Shown: in pieces, positions 1-10,615 of the stretch
Numbering within the stretch: the stretch's first letter is position 1
Layout: every line of letters begins with the position of its first letter
Origin: an uncultured Actinomycetes bacterium
Lineage (GTDB): Bacteria; Actinomycetota; Coriobacteriia; Anaerosomatales; PHET01
NCBI GenBank assembly: GCA_963770765.1
Contig: CAVYQS010000015.1
Coordinates: forward strand, 9,194 to 73,193
Reading direction: 5' to 3'
DNA: 64,000 nucleotides
The notes under the pieces: model-generated
Told to the model about the DNA's origin: nothing
Databases searched by the model: none
Seen by the model: only the letters and a program-made list of their open reading frames with translations
Program-made: the position numbers and the translations under genes

Positions 1-69
1 GGGGCCGGGCCGGGCCTGACTGCAGCCGGTGCGCTCGCGGCAGTGGTCGCGCGCAAGCGGTTCGCCTAG
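1..69 (+). CDS. 3' end of an upstream CDS (partial): hydrophobic stretch plus basic tail
   Basis: Frame 1 reads GAGPGLTAAGALAAVVARKRFA and stops at TAG 67-69. Only 22 codons are visible. Looks like a C-terminal membrane or sorting anchor. Confidence 0.25.
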   Translation, partial: GAGPGLTAAGALAAVVARKRFA

Positions 70-75
70 TTCGCT

Positions 76-1365
76 CTACTCCGGCGCTTCCTCGGCCTGT
101 TGCCACATCATCGCGCCCACCATCAGGTACAACAGCACGGTGTAGGGGTGCATGGTGTACAGCACCTCCGTGAGTCCTTGCGCAAAGAGCGTGGAGGCGA
201 AGGCGACGCCGATCCACGGGTACGACCGGGGCCGGATCCACAGCGCGAGCCACAGCAGCAGGATCGCATGCACTGCGAGCCACAAGGGGCCCGCGTACAG
301 CAGGCGATACAGCGCTTCGTTGTGAGGGTGAGCCAGCGGCGCGGTGTACTCGCGGTACTCCTGAAGCACCCCCCACGGGTTCTGAACGATTCCCTCGGCG
401 ACCGAACCCCAGACCGCGAAGCGGCCCTGGAGGCTCTCGTCCACAAGCGTATCGGGCATCTCGATCTCGAGGGGCTGTGCCGAGATACCCGAGCCGGTCA
501 CCCGCAGCGGTCCGTAGCGGGCAGCAACGAGCGCGACCACGACCACCACTGCAGCGAGAGCGATCTTGGCCACCGTGGAGCGTCGGATCGTCGAGCCGGT
601 GGTCGCGGCATGCTGAATCGCGGCGAGGATCGTCAGCAGTAGCCCGATCACCAGCGCGACCCGCGACTGGCTGGTGATCACGATCGTGACCGCACCCGCG
701 ATCGTCGCGATGCGAAGCTTGCCGGGCGGCATGACCATCATCGCCCAGAGCAGACCGAGCACGGCCATCGGCGCGAACATGTTCGGGTTGAACTCGAATC
801 CTTGTGCCCGCGTGGGGTTGACCGCCGCCACGAGCCACTCGGCTGCGACCCGGTCCCACGTCGTCATCCAGACTCCCGGGGGCGTCGAGAACCCTGAGAG
901 CTCCGCCATCTGAAGAACACCTGCGATGGCCGATGCGATGACTGAGATCGCAACCAGGCCGTGTAGGGCGCTTGGTCGGCGGCGCCACAGGAAGGCACCT
1001 ACCGCCAGGCACGAGAGGCTCGCCAGTGAGGGCAAAGCGAGGGACGCAGCAAGCTTCAGGGACCGCTCGGACCACCCGGCCAGCAGGTAGACCGCAGCGT
1101 CCGCCGCGAGGCAGGCGAAGCCGATCCACGCCAGCCTCACGTGGGTGACGCGGCGAACGGTGTCCTTGTCGGCGAACACAACGACCAGCCCGGCGAACAA
1201 CGCGAGCAGATACAGCACGGGAATCACGACGAACACGCGCGAGCCGCCCTGCGGGTCGACGTAGCGCACCGGTAGAGCGATCCGGTACGCGAACAGCGCG
1301 GCCGGCAGCAGCAGCGTCGCGAGAACGATCGCGAGCGATCGCCAACGAGTGTCGTTCAGCTTCAA
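76..1365 (-). CDS. O-antigen ligase/polymerase-like (Wzy_C/WaaL family) polytopic membrane protein
   Basis: 429-aa ORF with many hydrophobic segments and the family-typical loop motif HPHNEALYRLLYAGPLWL. Divergent from cimA. Confidence 0.65.
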   Translation of the reverse strand: MKLNDTRWRSLAIVLATLLLPAALFAYRIALPVRYVDPQGGSRVFVVIPVLYLLALFAGLVVVFADKDTVRRVTHVRLAWIGFACLAADAAVYLLAGWSERSLKLAASLALPSLASLSCLAVGAFLWRRRPSALHGLVAISVIASAIAGVLQMAELSGFSTPPGVWMTTWDRVAAEWLVAAVNPTRAQGFEFNPNMFAPMAVLGLLWAMMVMPPGKLRIATIAGAVTIVITSQSRVALVIGLLLTILAAIQHAATTGSTIRRSTVAKIALAAVVVVVALVAARYGPLRVTGSGISAQPLEIEMPDTLVDESLQGRFAVWGSVAEGIVQNPWGVLQEYREYTAPLAHPHNEALYRLLYAGPLWLAVHAILLLWLALWIRPRSYPWIGVAFASTLFAQGLTEVLYTMHPYTVLLYLMVGAMMWQQAEEAPE

Positions 1366-1535
1366 GGCCCTCCTCAGACCGGATGCAGCACTCTACCACG
1401 GTCGCGCTGGCCAGCCCGAGCGTTCGAACGCCGGCCACTCGCATCCCGCCCAAGTCGCTTATCATGAGACCCACGATTGATGCGAGCGGTCACACATCGA
1501 TGCTCGCACGAGCTCCAGGGAGGCGGGCCGAGACC

Positions 1536-3135
1536 ATGGCTCCGGGGGAACGCGTACGCCCATCGACAACACTCTACGACACCACGCTTCGCGACGGCAC
1601 CCAGCGCGAAGGGTTGTCGCTCTCGGTCGAGGACAAGCTGCGGATCGCGGCCAAGCTCGATCTTCTCGGCGTGCACTACATCGAGGGAGGGTTCCCGGGC
1701 TCCAACCCCAAAGACATCGAGTTCTTCGAGCGGGCCCGCGACCTCACGCTCGAGCAGGCCGTCATCTCGGCGTTCGGCACGACGCGGCGCAAGGACACCG
1801 CCGCCGAGGACGACCCGGGCCTGCAGGCGCTGCTCGACACCGGCTGCCCTGCGCTGTGCGTCTTCGGCAAGGCGTGGGACGTCCACGTCACGGAGACGCT
1901 TCAGACGACGCTTGCGGAGAACGTCGCGATGGTGCGAGACTCGGTCGCCTTCCTGAAGGCCGCCGGACGCACGGTGTTCTTCGACGCCGAGCACTTCTTC
2001 GACGGCTACAAGGCCGACGCGACCTACGCGCTCGAGGTCTGCCAGGCGGCGGCCGAGGCGGGCGCCGATGCGGTCGTCCTGTGCGACACGAACGGCGGCA
2101 CGCTGCCGCACGAGGTCCTGCGGATCGTGGGCGAGATGTCGCTTGCTCTCGACGTGCCGCTGGGCATCCACACGCACAACGACACGGGCTGCGCGGTCGC
2201 CAACTCGCTGATCGCGGTCGAGGCCGGCTGCACGCACGTCCAGGGCACGATGAACGGCTACGGCGAGCGCGCCGGCAACGCCGACCTCACAAGCATCATC
2301 CCGTCACTCGTGCTCAAGATGGACGACGACTGCGTCACGGCCGACCAGCTCAAGCTGTTGACCGAGGTGAGCCACTTCGTCGCCGAGACCGCGAACCTCT
2401 CGCCCTTCCCGCACCAGCCCTACGTGGGCACGAGCGCGTTCGCCCACAAGGGCGGCGTGCACGCGAGCGCGGCGGCGCGGCTTCCCGAGGCCTACGAGCA
2501 CGTGGACCCCTCGCGGGTGGGCAACCTCGCCCGCGTGGTCGTGAGCGAGCTCGCCGGTCGCGCGTCGCTGACCCTCAAGGCCAAGGAGATGGGGATCGAG
2601 CTCGCCGGAGACACCGCCGGCGACGTGCTCGACGTCATCAAGGACATGGAGTACCACGGCTACTCGTTCGAGGCGGCAGACGCATCCCTCGAGATCATGC
2701 TGCGCAAGCGGACCGGGGGATTCGAGCCGCTCGTTCAACCTCGAATCGTTCCGCGTGATCGCCGAGAAGCGCGAGGACGGCCGCGTCGCGACCGAGGCGA
2801 CCATCAAGGTCCACGTGGGCGGGCACCGCTACATCGCCACCGCAGAGGGCAACGGCCCCGTCAACGCGCTCGACAAGGCGCTTCGCATCGCGATCGGACG
2901 CTACTATCCGCGCCTGGCCGAGATGCAGCTCGCCGACTTCAAGGTCCGCGTGCTCGATGAGAACAAGGGCACCGGCGCGGTGACCCGAGTCCTGATCGAA
3001 TCGAGCGACCAGGAGACCTCATGGGGCACCGTGGGCGTCTCTGAGAACATCATCGAGGCGTCGTGGGAGGCACTCGTCGACTCCATCGAGTACGGGCTGT
3101 CACGCCGCCCTACCGAGCCTGACACGCAGGGCTGA
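1536..3135 (+). pseudogene. cimA: Citramalate synthase / 2-isopropylmalate synthase family (CimA-type), frame broken near 2733
   Basis: N-terminal LYDTTLRDGTQREGLSLSVEDKLRIA..HTHNDTGCAVAN catalytic barrel in the frame of ORF 1383..2960. The C-terminal LeuA allosteric domain ([39 protein letters not shown]) continues in ORF 2755..3135. Junction: gag ccg ctc G ttc aac. GGGAGG RBS before ATG 1536. Confidence 0.8.
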
Positions 3136-3230
3136 GCCCGGGACATTCGGTAAACGGGGCAGGAGAGGACTTCGCGCGCATGGAATCAGAACTACCGAGA
3201 GACGATTTCGACCGGACCCGGGGGAGCGGC

Positions 3231-3989
3231 ATGCGTGTCGTGCGTTTGCTCTTCGAGGGTGACTGCCGCTACGGACTCGCCGACGAAACCACCGTCACCC
3301 TTCTGAGTGATGAACCGTTCGCAGCGTGGGAGCCCGACGGGCTGCTCTCGCTCGCTGAAGCGTCGCTGCTGCCGCCCGTGGCGCCCACCAAGATCGTGTG
3401 CGTCGGGCTCAACTACAAGAACCACATCGCCGAGATGGGTCACCAGACGCCCCGCGAGCCCGTGATCTTCCTCAAGCCCTCCACGTCGGTGATCGGCCCC
3501 GGGGCGCCCATCCCGATACCCGACGGCATCGGTCGAGTGGATCACGAAGCCGAGCTGGGAGTGGTCGTCGGTCGTCGCACCCACAGAGCGAGTCCTGACG
3601 AGGCGGCCGCCAACGTCCTCGGCTTCACCTGTGGCAACGACGTGACCGCTCGTGACCTCCAGAAGGTCGACGGGCAGTGGTCGCGGGCTAAGGGTTTCGA
3701 CGGCTTCTGCCCGCTGGGCCCGTGGGTCGCGACCGACGTCGATCCAAGCGACCTGCTGGTGGAGTGCTACGTGAACGGGGAGCAGCGCCAGTCGGCTCGT
3801 ACCAGCGAGATGCTCTTCGATCCCTACGAACTCGTGAGCTTCGCGAGCCACGTGATGACCCTCGTGCCGGGAGACATCGTACTCACGGGGACTCCGGGCG
3901 GGATCGGGCCGATCGTCTGCGGCGACACCGTCGAGGTGCGGATCGAGAACGTGGGGTCGCTCGTGAACCCCGTGTGCGCCTCGGCCTGA
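3231..3989 (+). CDS. Fumarylacetoacetate hydrolase (FAH) family protein
   Basis: KIVCVGLNYKNHIAEMG..PVIFLKPSTSVIGP..DHEAELGVVVGRR..GDIVLTGTPGG motifs. GGGGGAG RBS before ATG 3231 (the ORF opens at 3180). Confidence 0.8.
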   Translation: MRVVRLLFEGDCRYGLADETTVTLLSDEPFAAWEPDGLLSLAEASLLPPVAPTKIVCVGLNYKNHIAEMGHQTPREPVIFLKPSTSVIGPGAPIPIPDGIGRVDHEAELGVVVGRRTHRASPDEAAANVLGFTCGNDVTARDLQKVDGQWSRAKGFDGFCPLGPWVATDVDPSDLLVECYVNGEQRQSARTSEMLFDPYELVSFASHVMTLVPGDIVLTGTPGGIGPIVCGDTVEVRIENVGSLVNPVCASA

Positions 3990-4011
3990 CGCGCGAGAAG
4001 ACCGACCAGTC

Positions 4012-5260
4012 GTGTTGTTCCGCGAACCCACCATCGCGCGCGTCACGCTCGCGCGCTTCATAGCCCGACTCGGCGGCGAGGCGGCGTTCTTCATCGGCGT
4101 GTGGGGGCTTGCGGCCTACACCTTCCGCGCGACGCCGGGGCAGATCGCGGCGTTGATGGCGGTTCTGGCCGTCTCATCGATGATCGGCGCGTCGTTCGCG
4201 GGCGTGCTCGTCGACCGCTTCGGTCCGCGAACGGTGCTGGTCGCCGCTCAGTTCTTCTACGTTCCGGTCGCGATCGCCATCACCTTCGTCGGGTCGCTGG
4301 AGCAGCTGATCGGCATGTGCGCGCTGCTCGGTCTGGCGACCGCGCCGATCATGACCGCGACCGGCTCGTTCGCTCCGTACCTGACGAGCGACTCCAAGAA
4401 GATGGAGAAGGTCAACGCGCTCATCGAGGGCGCGGGAGCCCTGTCGTTCGTCCTCGGCCCCGCACTGGGCGCGGTCGTGGCCAAGGTGTGGTCGATAGAG
4501 GCCGTCTTCTATGTGGACGCCGTGCTCACGACGACCGGCGCACTGCTGGTGCTGCCGGTGAAGACGCCGCCCGTGGGCGGAGAGCGCCGGAGCGCCTTTG
4601 GCGAGGTCGTCGAAGGGATACGCGTGTCCTACGGGCTGCGCGGGGTCCGCTACTACGTGCTCATGGGCACGCTGATGTGGTTCTCGTTCGGAGCGTTCGG
4701 CGCTCTTGAGCCCCTCTTCTATCGCGACGTGGTCAAGACGGGGGTCGAGACGATCGGTTACATGAACTCGCTGTTCGGGCTCGGCATCGGCGCCGGTGCG
4801 TGGCTGCTCACCAGGCTTCCGAGCAAGGCGACCAGCGCGCGGGGCCTCGCGCTCGGGGCCGCGATGATGGGCGCGTGCGCCGCGCTCTACGTGGGCACCG
4901 ACGACCTCAGGGTCATCGCGCTGGGGGCCGTCGTGTGGGGTCTCGTGATCGGAGCCACCGAACCGCTGCTGAGAACGCTGATGCAGACCGACGCACCCGA
5001 GGAGTTCGTGGGTCGGGTGATGGGGACCGCCCAGGTGCACCGCAGCGCCGGCGAGATCGTGCCGCTCGCGCTCGCTCCCGGGCTCGCTGCGGCGTTCGGC
5101 GTCCAGCCCGTCATGATCGCGGGCGCGGCGCTCGCGGCGGTCATCGCGCTGCTCACGCTTGCCGCATGCCGCCTCGATCGACCGCGAGCGGAAGCCCTCG
5201 CGGTCCGTGCGCCTCGACGAGGCGCTGGCGACCGACGATCCGATCAGCCCGCTCACGTAG
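4012..5260 (+). CDS. MFS transporter (12-TM type); true 3' end probably in the +1 frame, TAG 5258-5260
   Basis: Hydrophobic MFS-like sequence (DRFGPR loop, about 12 TM) from GTG 4012. After about 5166 the frame-2 reading (AASIDRERKPSRSVRLDEALATDDPISPLT*) has far higher GC3 than the nominal frame. The nominal frame otherwise runs without a stop into the next gene. Confidence 0.65.
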
Positions 5261-5460
5261 CGAAGGGCACGATCGGGCACCGCGCGCACGAAAGCGAGGG
5301 CGCTCAGCTCGGTCCCCGACCGCACCGCACGCTCGCAGCCGCCGCTCGTCATCAAGCCATCACCGCTCAGCTATCCACAGGCACAGCATGTCGGGCGTGC
5401 GTGCTATTCTCGGCACGATATGTTGTGGTTCGTGACGACGCACAGGGGGAGTCACCGACG

Positions 5461-5766
5461 ATGGTCGAAGACCGCCTTCGCACCCGCGAAGTCGATGAGT
5501 TGCTGCGGGCGCTGCTCGCGCTGGAGAGCCCCGACGACGCCTACGCGTTGCTGGTGGACCTGTGCACCGTGCGCGAGATCCAGGAGATGGCCCAGCGCCT
5601 CGAAGTCGCCCGGCTGCTCTCGGCGGGCGAACACTACAGCGCGATCCAGGAGACCACCGGCGCCTCGGCCACCACGATCTCGCGCGTGAGCAAGGCGCTC
5701 AACTACGGGGCAGACGGCTACCGCCGCGTGCTCGACCGCATGGCCGGCTCTGAGAACACACAGTAG
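5461..5766 (+). CDS. YerC/YecD family TrpR-like DNA-binding protein
   Basis: 101 aa. LCTVREIQEMAQRLEVARLL..YSAIQETTGASATTISRVSKAL is typical of the TrpR-related YerC/YecD family. AGGGGGA RBS before ATG 5461. Confidence 0.8.
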   Translation: MVEDRLRTREVDELLRALLALESPDDAYALLVDLCTVREIQEMAQRLEVARLLSAGEHYSAIQETTGASATTISRVSKALNYGADGYRRVLDRMAGSENTQ

Positions 5767-5780
5767 GGGGCGCGTCCTTC

Positions 5781-8700
5781 GTGTCTTTCGTTCACCTGCA
5801 TACGCATACCGAGTACTCCCTTCTCGACGGCGCCGCGCGCGTGAGCGATCTCGTGCAGCGCGCCGTCGAGTTCGAGATGCCTGCTCTGGCGATCACCGAT
5901 CACGGCTACATGTACGGCGCGGTGGACTTCTACAAGACCGCGAAGGCCGCGGGCATCAAGCCGATCATCGGCTGCGAGGTCTACTTCGTGCCGCACAGCC
6001 GTCTCAACCGAGACACCAAGCCCGACCTCTATCACCTGCTGCTTCTCGCCAAAGACAACGTGGGCTACCGCAACCTCATGGCCCTGGTGAGCGAGGCCGC
6101 GGTCAGCGGCTTCTACTACAAACCTCAAGTCGACCTCGAGACCCTGGAGAAGTACTCCGAGGGGCTCATCGGCACCTCGGCGTGCATGAGCGGCATCATC
6201 AGCAAGTCCATCGAGCGAGGCGAGCCCGAGAACGCGGTCAAGTGGGCGCAGGAGTACGCGCGGGTGTTCGCGCCCGGGGACTTCTACCTCGAGGTCCAGG
6301 AACAGGGCATCACCGCCGACAACGGCGTCACCCAGACGCAGATCAACGCCGCGATCGCCCAGATAGGCTCCGACCTCGGCCTGCCGCTCGTCGCGACCAA
6401 CGACATCCACTACCTCTCACGCAGGGACGCGGAGACCCAGGACCTGCTTCTGTGCATCAACACGAACTCCACCGTCGACCAGCCCGGACGCATGAAGTTC
6501 AGCTGCGACGAGTTCTACATGAAGTCGGCCCAGGAGATGGCCGCCTCGATGGAGGCCTATCCCGAGGCGCTCGCCAACACCCTCGCGATCGCCGAGAAGT
6601 GCAACGTCGACATCGAGACCGGCACCATCATCCTGCCCAAGTTCGACGTGCCGGAGGGCCTCACCGAAGAGGCGTTCCTGCGCGAACGCTGCATGGAGGG
6701 TCTCACGGAGCGCTACGGCGACCCGGTACCCGACAACGTGATCGAGCGCCTCGACTACGAGCTGTCGATCGTGGCGCCCAAGGGCATCGCGGCGTACTTC
6801 CTGATCGTCCAGGACTTCACCTTGTGGGCGAAGCGGCAGGGGATCGGCGTGGGTCCGGGCCGAGGGAGCGCGGCCGGGTCGATCATCAGCTACTCGCTGG
6901 GCATCACGAACCTCGATCCGATCGAGAACGGTCTGCTGTTCGAGCGCTTCCTGAACCCCGAGCGCACCGAGATGCCCGATATCGACATGGACTTCGACGA
7001 CGCGCGGCGCGGCGAGGTCATCGACTACGTCAAGGACAAGTACGGGGCCGACAAGGTCGCGCAGATCATCACCTTCAACAAGATGAAGGCGCGTGCGGCC
7101 GTACGCGACGCCGGGCGCGTCATGGGCTACCCCTACGGCGTGCCCGACAAGATCTCGAAGATGATCCTCGAGGAGCTCGGCGCCACCATCAACCAGTCGC
7201 TCGATGCGAGCACCGAGTTCAAGGCCGACTACACCGCCAATCCGGACACCAAGCGCATCGTCGACGCCGCGATCTCGCTCGAGGGGATCACGCGTGGTGA
7301 GGGCGTGCACGCCGCAGGTGTCGTCATCTGCCGAGACCCGCTGCACTACTACGTGCCGGTGAAGTACGACACCAAGGGCGGCTCGGTCATCACCCAGTAC
7401 GACGGCCCCACCGTGGCCGACATGGGCCTGCTCAAGATGGACTTCCTGGGCCTGCGCACGCTCACCGTGATCGCCGACGCGGTGCGCAACATCGAGAAGA
7501 ACCACGGGGTCAAGCTGGTCCCCGACGACCTGCCGCTCGACGATGCGGAGACGTTCGCGCTCATGCAGCGCGGCGATACCGCGGGCGTGTTCCAGATCGA
7601 GTCGCCGGGCATGCGCCAGCTGCTCAAGCGGATGAAGCCCGAGACGTTCGGCGACATCGTCGCGATCCTCGCGCTCTACCGGCCCGGGCCGCTGAAGTCG
7701 GGCATGGTCGACGACTTCGTCGACCGCAAGCGGGGTAAGCGCGAGATCACCTACTACGACGACCGCCTCAAGGAGCTGCTCGAGGAGACGTACGGAGCGA
7801 TCGTCTACCAGGAGCAGGTCATGCGCATCTCGATGCTCATGAGCGGCTTCTCGGCGGCCAAGGCCGACAAGCTGCGAAAGGCGATGGGCAAGAAGGACAA
7901 GGACATCCTCGACCTGCTCAAGGCCGATTGGGTCAACGGCGCGCGGGACAACGACTACGACCCCAAGCTCGCAGAGCGCATGTGGACCGATATCGAGAAG
8001 TTCGCCGAGTATGCGTTCAACAAGAGCCACTCGGCGGCCTACGGCCTGCTCACGATGCAGACGGCGTATCTCAAGGCGCACTACCCGCTGGAGTACATGG
8101 CCGCGGTGCTCACGAGCTACACGGGGCGCACCGACGACATCGTCAAGTACGTGGGGGAGTGCAACCGGGCCGGGATGACGGTGCTGCCACCGGACGTGAA
8201 CACCTCGGGCAAGGACTTCACCGCTGTCGCCGGTCAAGGCATCCGTTTCGGCCTCGCGGGCATCCGCGGCGTGGGTGAGGGCGTGGTCGAGGGCATCACC
8301 GAGGCACGCGAGGAGGGCGGGGAGTTCACCTCTCTGCACGATTTCGTGGACCGCGTCGACCTGACCAGGCTCAACAAGAAGACCCTGGAGTCGCTCATCA
8401 AGGCCGGGGCGTTCGACTCGACCGGCTACCCGCGCAAGCAGCTCATGGGGCTGCTCGAAGGCGGCGGCATCCTCGAGGCGGCCGTCAAGCGCCAGCGCGA
8501 CCGCGCGAACGGGCAGGTGTCGATGTTCGACATGCTCGACGCCGGCGAGAACGGCTTCTCCGACGACGTCCCGCCGTCCGACGGCGTCGAGTGGCAGAAG
8601 CGCATGAAGCTCGCGTTCGAGAAGGAGATGCTCGGCATCTTCGTCTCCGATCACCCGCTGCGCGACATCGAGCCTGCGGTGCGCAACGCCGCCGACTGTT

Positions 8701-9230
8701 CGCTCGGCGACGAGCTGAAGGCCGGGACGACGTGCTGGTTCGCCGGCATGCTCTCATCGGTGTCGCTCAAGCCCACGAAGAAGGGGCCGATGATGGCCGT
8801 CGTGACCCTCGAGGACCTCGACGGGTCGATCGAGGCGGTGTTGTTCCCCACGATGCTCGAGCGCGTCCGCGATCTCATCGTCGAGGATGCCGTGCTTCGC
8901 GTGAAGGGCAAGGTCGAGGAGGACGACCGCGGCCGCAAGCTGATCGTGCTCGAGATCGAGCCGTTCGACGGGGCGGAGTTCGCGAAGCCACCGCGCAAGG
9001 TCGTCGTTCGCACGGACGCCGGCGCTCTCGTGAACGGCCGTGCCGACAAGCTCAAGCGGATCCTCACGCACTTCCCGGGTCTCGACATCGTCGAGATGCA
9101 CGTCTGGGACGCCGAGAGGCAGCGCACGGTGGTGTGCACGATGCCGGAGCGTGTCAACGCGGATGCGAACGGGCTCTATGCCGAGCTCATGGAGATCTTC
9201 GGGGGAGACTCGGTCGATCACGCGGCGTGA
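5781..9230 (+). CDS. dnaE: DNA polymerase III alpha subunit
   Basis: 1149 aa. N-terminal PHP motif FVHLHTHTEYSLLDGA, polymerase core and OB-fold C-terminus. Uninterrupted ORF. Confidence 0.95.
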   Translation: MSFVHLHTHTEYSLLDGAARVSDLVQRAVEFEMPALAITDHGYMYGAVDFYKTAKAAGIKPIIGCEVYFVPHSRLNRDTKPDLYHLLLLAKDNVGYRNLMALVSEAAVSGFYYKPQVDLETLEKYSEGLIGTSACMSGIISKSIERGEPENAVKWAQEYARVFAPGDFYLEVQEQGITADNGVTQTQINAAIAQIGSDLGLPLVATNDIHYLSRRDAETQDLLLCINTNSTVDQPGRMKFSCDEFYMKSAQEMAASMEAYPEALANTLAIAEKCNVDIETGTIILPKFDVPEGLTEEAFLRERCMEGLTERYGDPVPDNVIERLDYELSIVAPKGIAAYFLIVQDFTLWAKRQGIGVGPGRGSAAGSIISYSLGITNLDPIENGLLFERFLNPERTEMPDIDMDFDDARRGEVIDYVKDKYGADKVAQIITFNKMKARAAVRDAGRVMGYPYGVPDKISKMILEELGATINQSLDASTEFKADYTANPDTKRIVDAAISLEGITRGEGVHAAGVVICRDPLHYYVPVKYDTKGGSVITQYDGPTVADMGLLKMDFLGLRTLTVIADAVRNIEKNHGVKLVPDDLPLDDAETFALMQRGDTAGVFQIESPGMRQLLKRMKPETFGDIVAILALYRPGPLKSGMVDDFVDRKRGKREITYYDDRLKELLEETYGAIVYQEQVMRISMLMSGFSAAKADKLRKAMGKKDKDILDLLKADWVNGARDNDYDPKLAERMWTDIEKFAEYAFNKSHSAAYGLLTMQTAYLKAHYPLEYMAAVLTSYTGRTDDIVKYVGECNRAGMTVLPPDVNTSGKDFTAVAGQGIRFGLAGIRGVGEGVVEGITEAREEGGEFTSLHDFVDRVDLTRLNKKTLESLIKAGAFDSTGYPRKQLMGLLEGGGILEAAVKRQRDRANGQVSMFDMLDAGENGFSDDVPPSDGVEWQKRMKLAFEKEMLGIFVSDHPLRDIEPAVRNAADCSLGDELKAGTTCWFAGMLSSVSLKPTKKGPMMAVVTLEDLDGSIEAVLFPTMLERVRDLIVEDAVLRVKGKVEEDDRGRKLIVLEIEPFDGAEFAKPPRKVVVRTDAGALVNGRADKLKRILTHFPGLDIVEMHVWDAERQRTVVCTMPERVNADANGLYAELMEIFGGDSVDHAA

Positions 9231-9354
9231 CTCGTGTAGGTGGTACACATCGGTTGTACTACAGCACTCTACTGTGATAGAGTGATTGAGGGAGTCGCAT
9301 CCGCGGCATACATCCCGTACCTGAATCCACGATCTTGTTGAGGGGTCTTGTTCC

Positions 9355-10615
9355 ATGCGTCCTGTCACGCCACGAGGTTTTCGCGACGTCCTGCCCGCCG
9401 AGGCTTCCGAGAGAGAAGCGATCGAGCGCGTCTTAGGCGAGGTCTTCTCGGCATGGGGCTACGGCCTTGTCGAGACTCCCGTGGTCGAGCGGCTCGACGC
9501 GCTCGAGGCGGCCGCCGGCCCGCTCCAAGGCACCGCGTTTCGGCTGCTCGACCTCGACGGTCAGCTGCTCGCACTGCGGCCCGACGTCACCGTGCCGATC
9601 GCACGCCTCGTGGCCTCGCGGATGGCGGGGGATCCCGGTCCGCACCGGTTCCGCTACGCCGCCGACGTGTTCCGCGAGCACGAGTCGCTGCGCGGTCAGT
9701 CGCGCCAGTTCACCCAGGTGGGGGTCGAGCTGGTGGGCGCGAGCGGGTCGGCGGCCGATGCCGAGGTCGTCGCGGTGCTCGTCGAGGCGCTTCGGGCGTC
9801 CGGGCTCGAGCGATTCAACGTCGCTCTCGGAACCGTCGCCGTGCTTCCAGGCGATCGTCGACGCTTCCGGGGCGTCCGCCGAGTGGAAGGCGGCGGTCTT
9901 CTCGGCAGCGCACGACCGCAACGTCGTCGAGCTCGACCGGCTGGCCGGGGAGCGCGGGGTCGCGGCGTCGGCTGCGGAAGCGTTGCGTTCGGTGCCCCGC
10001 ATCCGCGGTGGGCGAGAGGCGATCGCGGCGTGCCGTCTCGCGAGCGCAGGGTGCGGCTGTGACGCGGCGCTCGACGAGCTCGATGCGACGCTCGCCTTGC
10101 TCGAGGCCGCGGGCGTGGCCGACTGCGTGAGCGTGGACTTCTCGGTGATGCGCTCCTTCGACTACTACACCGGCCTCGTGGTCGAGGCGTACGTGCCCGG
10201 TCTGGGCGTCGCCCTCGGCGGTGGCGGACGCTACGACGGTGTGTTGGCGGCGTTCGATGCTCCTGCACCGGCCGCGGGCTTCGCACTGGGTATCGAACGG
10301 CTGTCGATCGCACTGCTCGAGCAAGGTGCCGCACCCCGGGTGCGCGGGCTCGATGCGGTGCTGGGTGGCGAGCCCGCAGAGGCGCTCGCGGCGGCTGCGA
10401 CCCTGCGCGCCTCCGGCTGGCGGGTGGCGCTCTCTGCGCGAGCGGGACTCGAGCTCGTGCGCGAAGCTGACGCTCTCGAGGCTGTCGAGGCACTGTGGGC
10501 CGCGGGCGGCGAGATCGTTCGGCTCGACCGCTCCGGTGAGCCGGCGCTGCCGCTGTCCGACCCGCCCCCGTACGCGCCCACGACCTCGTGGGCACAGGAA
10601 GGCGGCGTGCTGTGA
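9355..10615 (+). pseudogene. hisZ: ATP phosphoribosyltransferase regulatory subunit HisZ, frame broken near 9844
   Basis: HisRS-like N-terminus (GFRDVLPAEA..LRPDVTVPIAR..RFRYAADVFR) in ORF 9355..10062. The conserved remainder (FQAIVDASG..FDYYTGLVVEAY..GGGGRYD..GFALGIERL) is in ORF 9467..10615. Junction: gcc gtg C ttc cag. Confidence 0.8.

Noticed and set aside
4012-5766. 584-aa MFS-YerC fusion protein suggested by the uninterrupted ORF.
   Set aside because: Third-position GC collapses after about 5166 in that frame, while the +1 frame stays coding-like and stops at 5260. The yerC-like gene has its own RBS and promoter-like -10.
6417-8654. 745-aa ORF on the minus strand inside dnaE. Similar giant antisense ORFs lie at 23809..25638, 46801..48933, 49446..51539, 53099..55423 and 60244..61848.
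   Set aside because: They lie antisense to strongly conserved genes and have Arg/Leu/Asp/His/Val-rich, motif-free composition. They are the expected stop-poor shadow frames of high-GC coding DNA.
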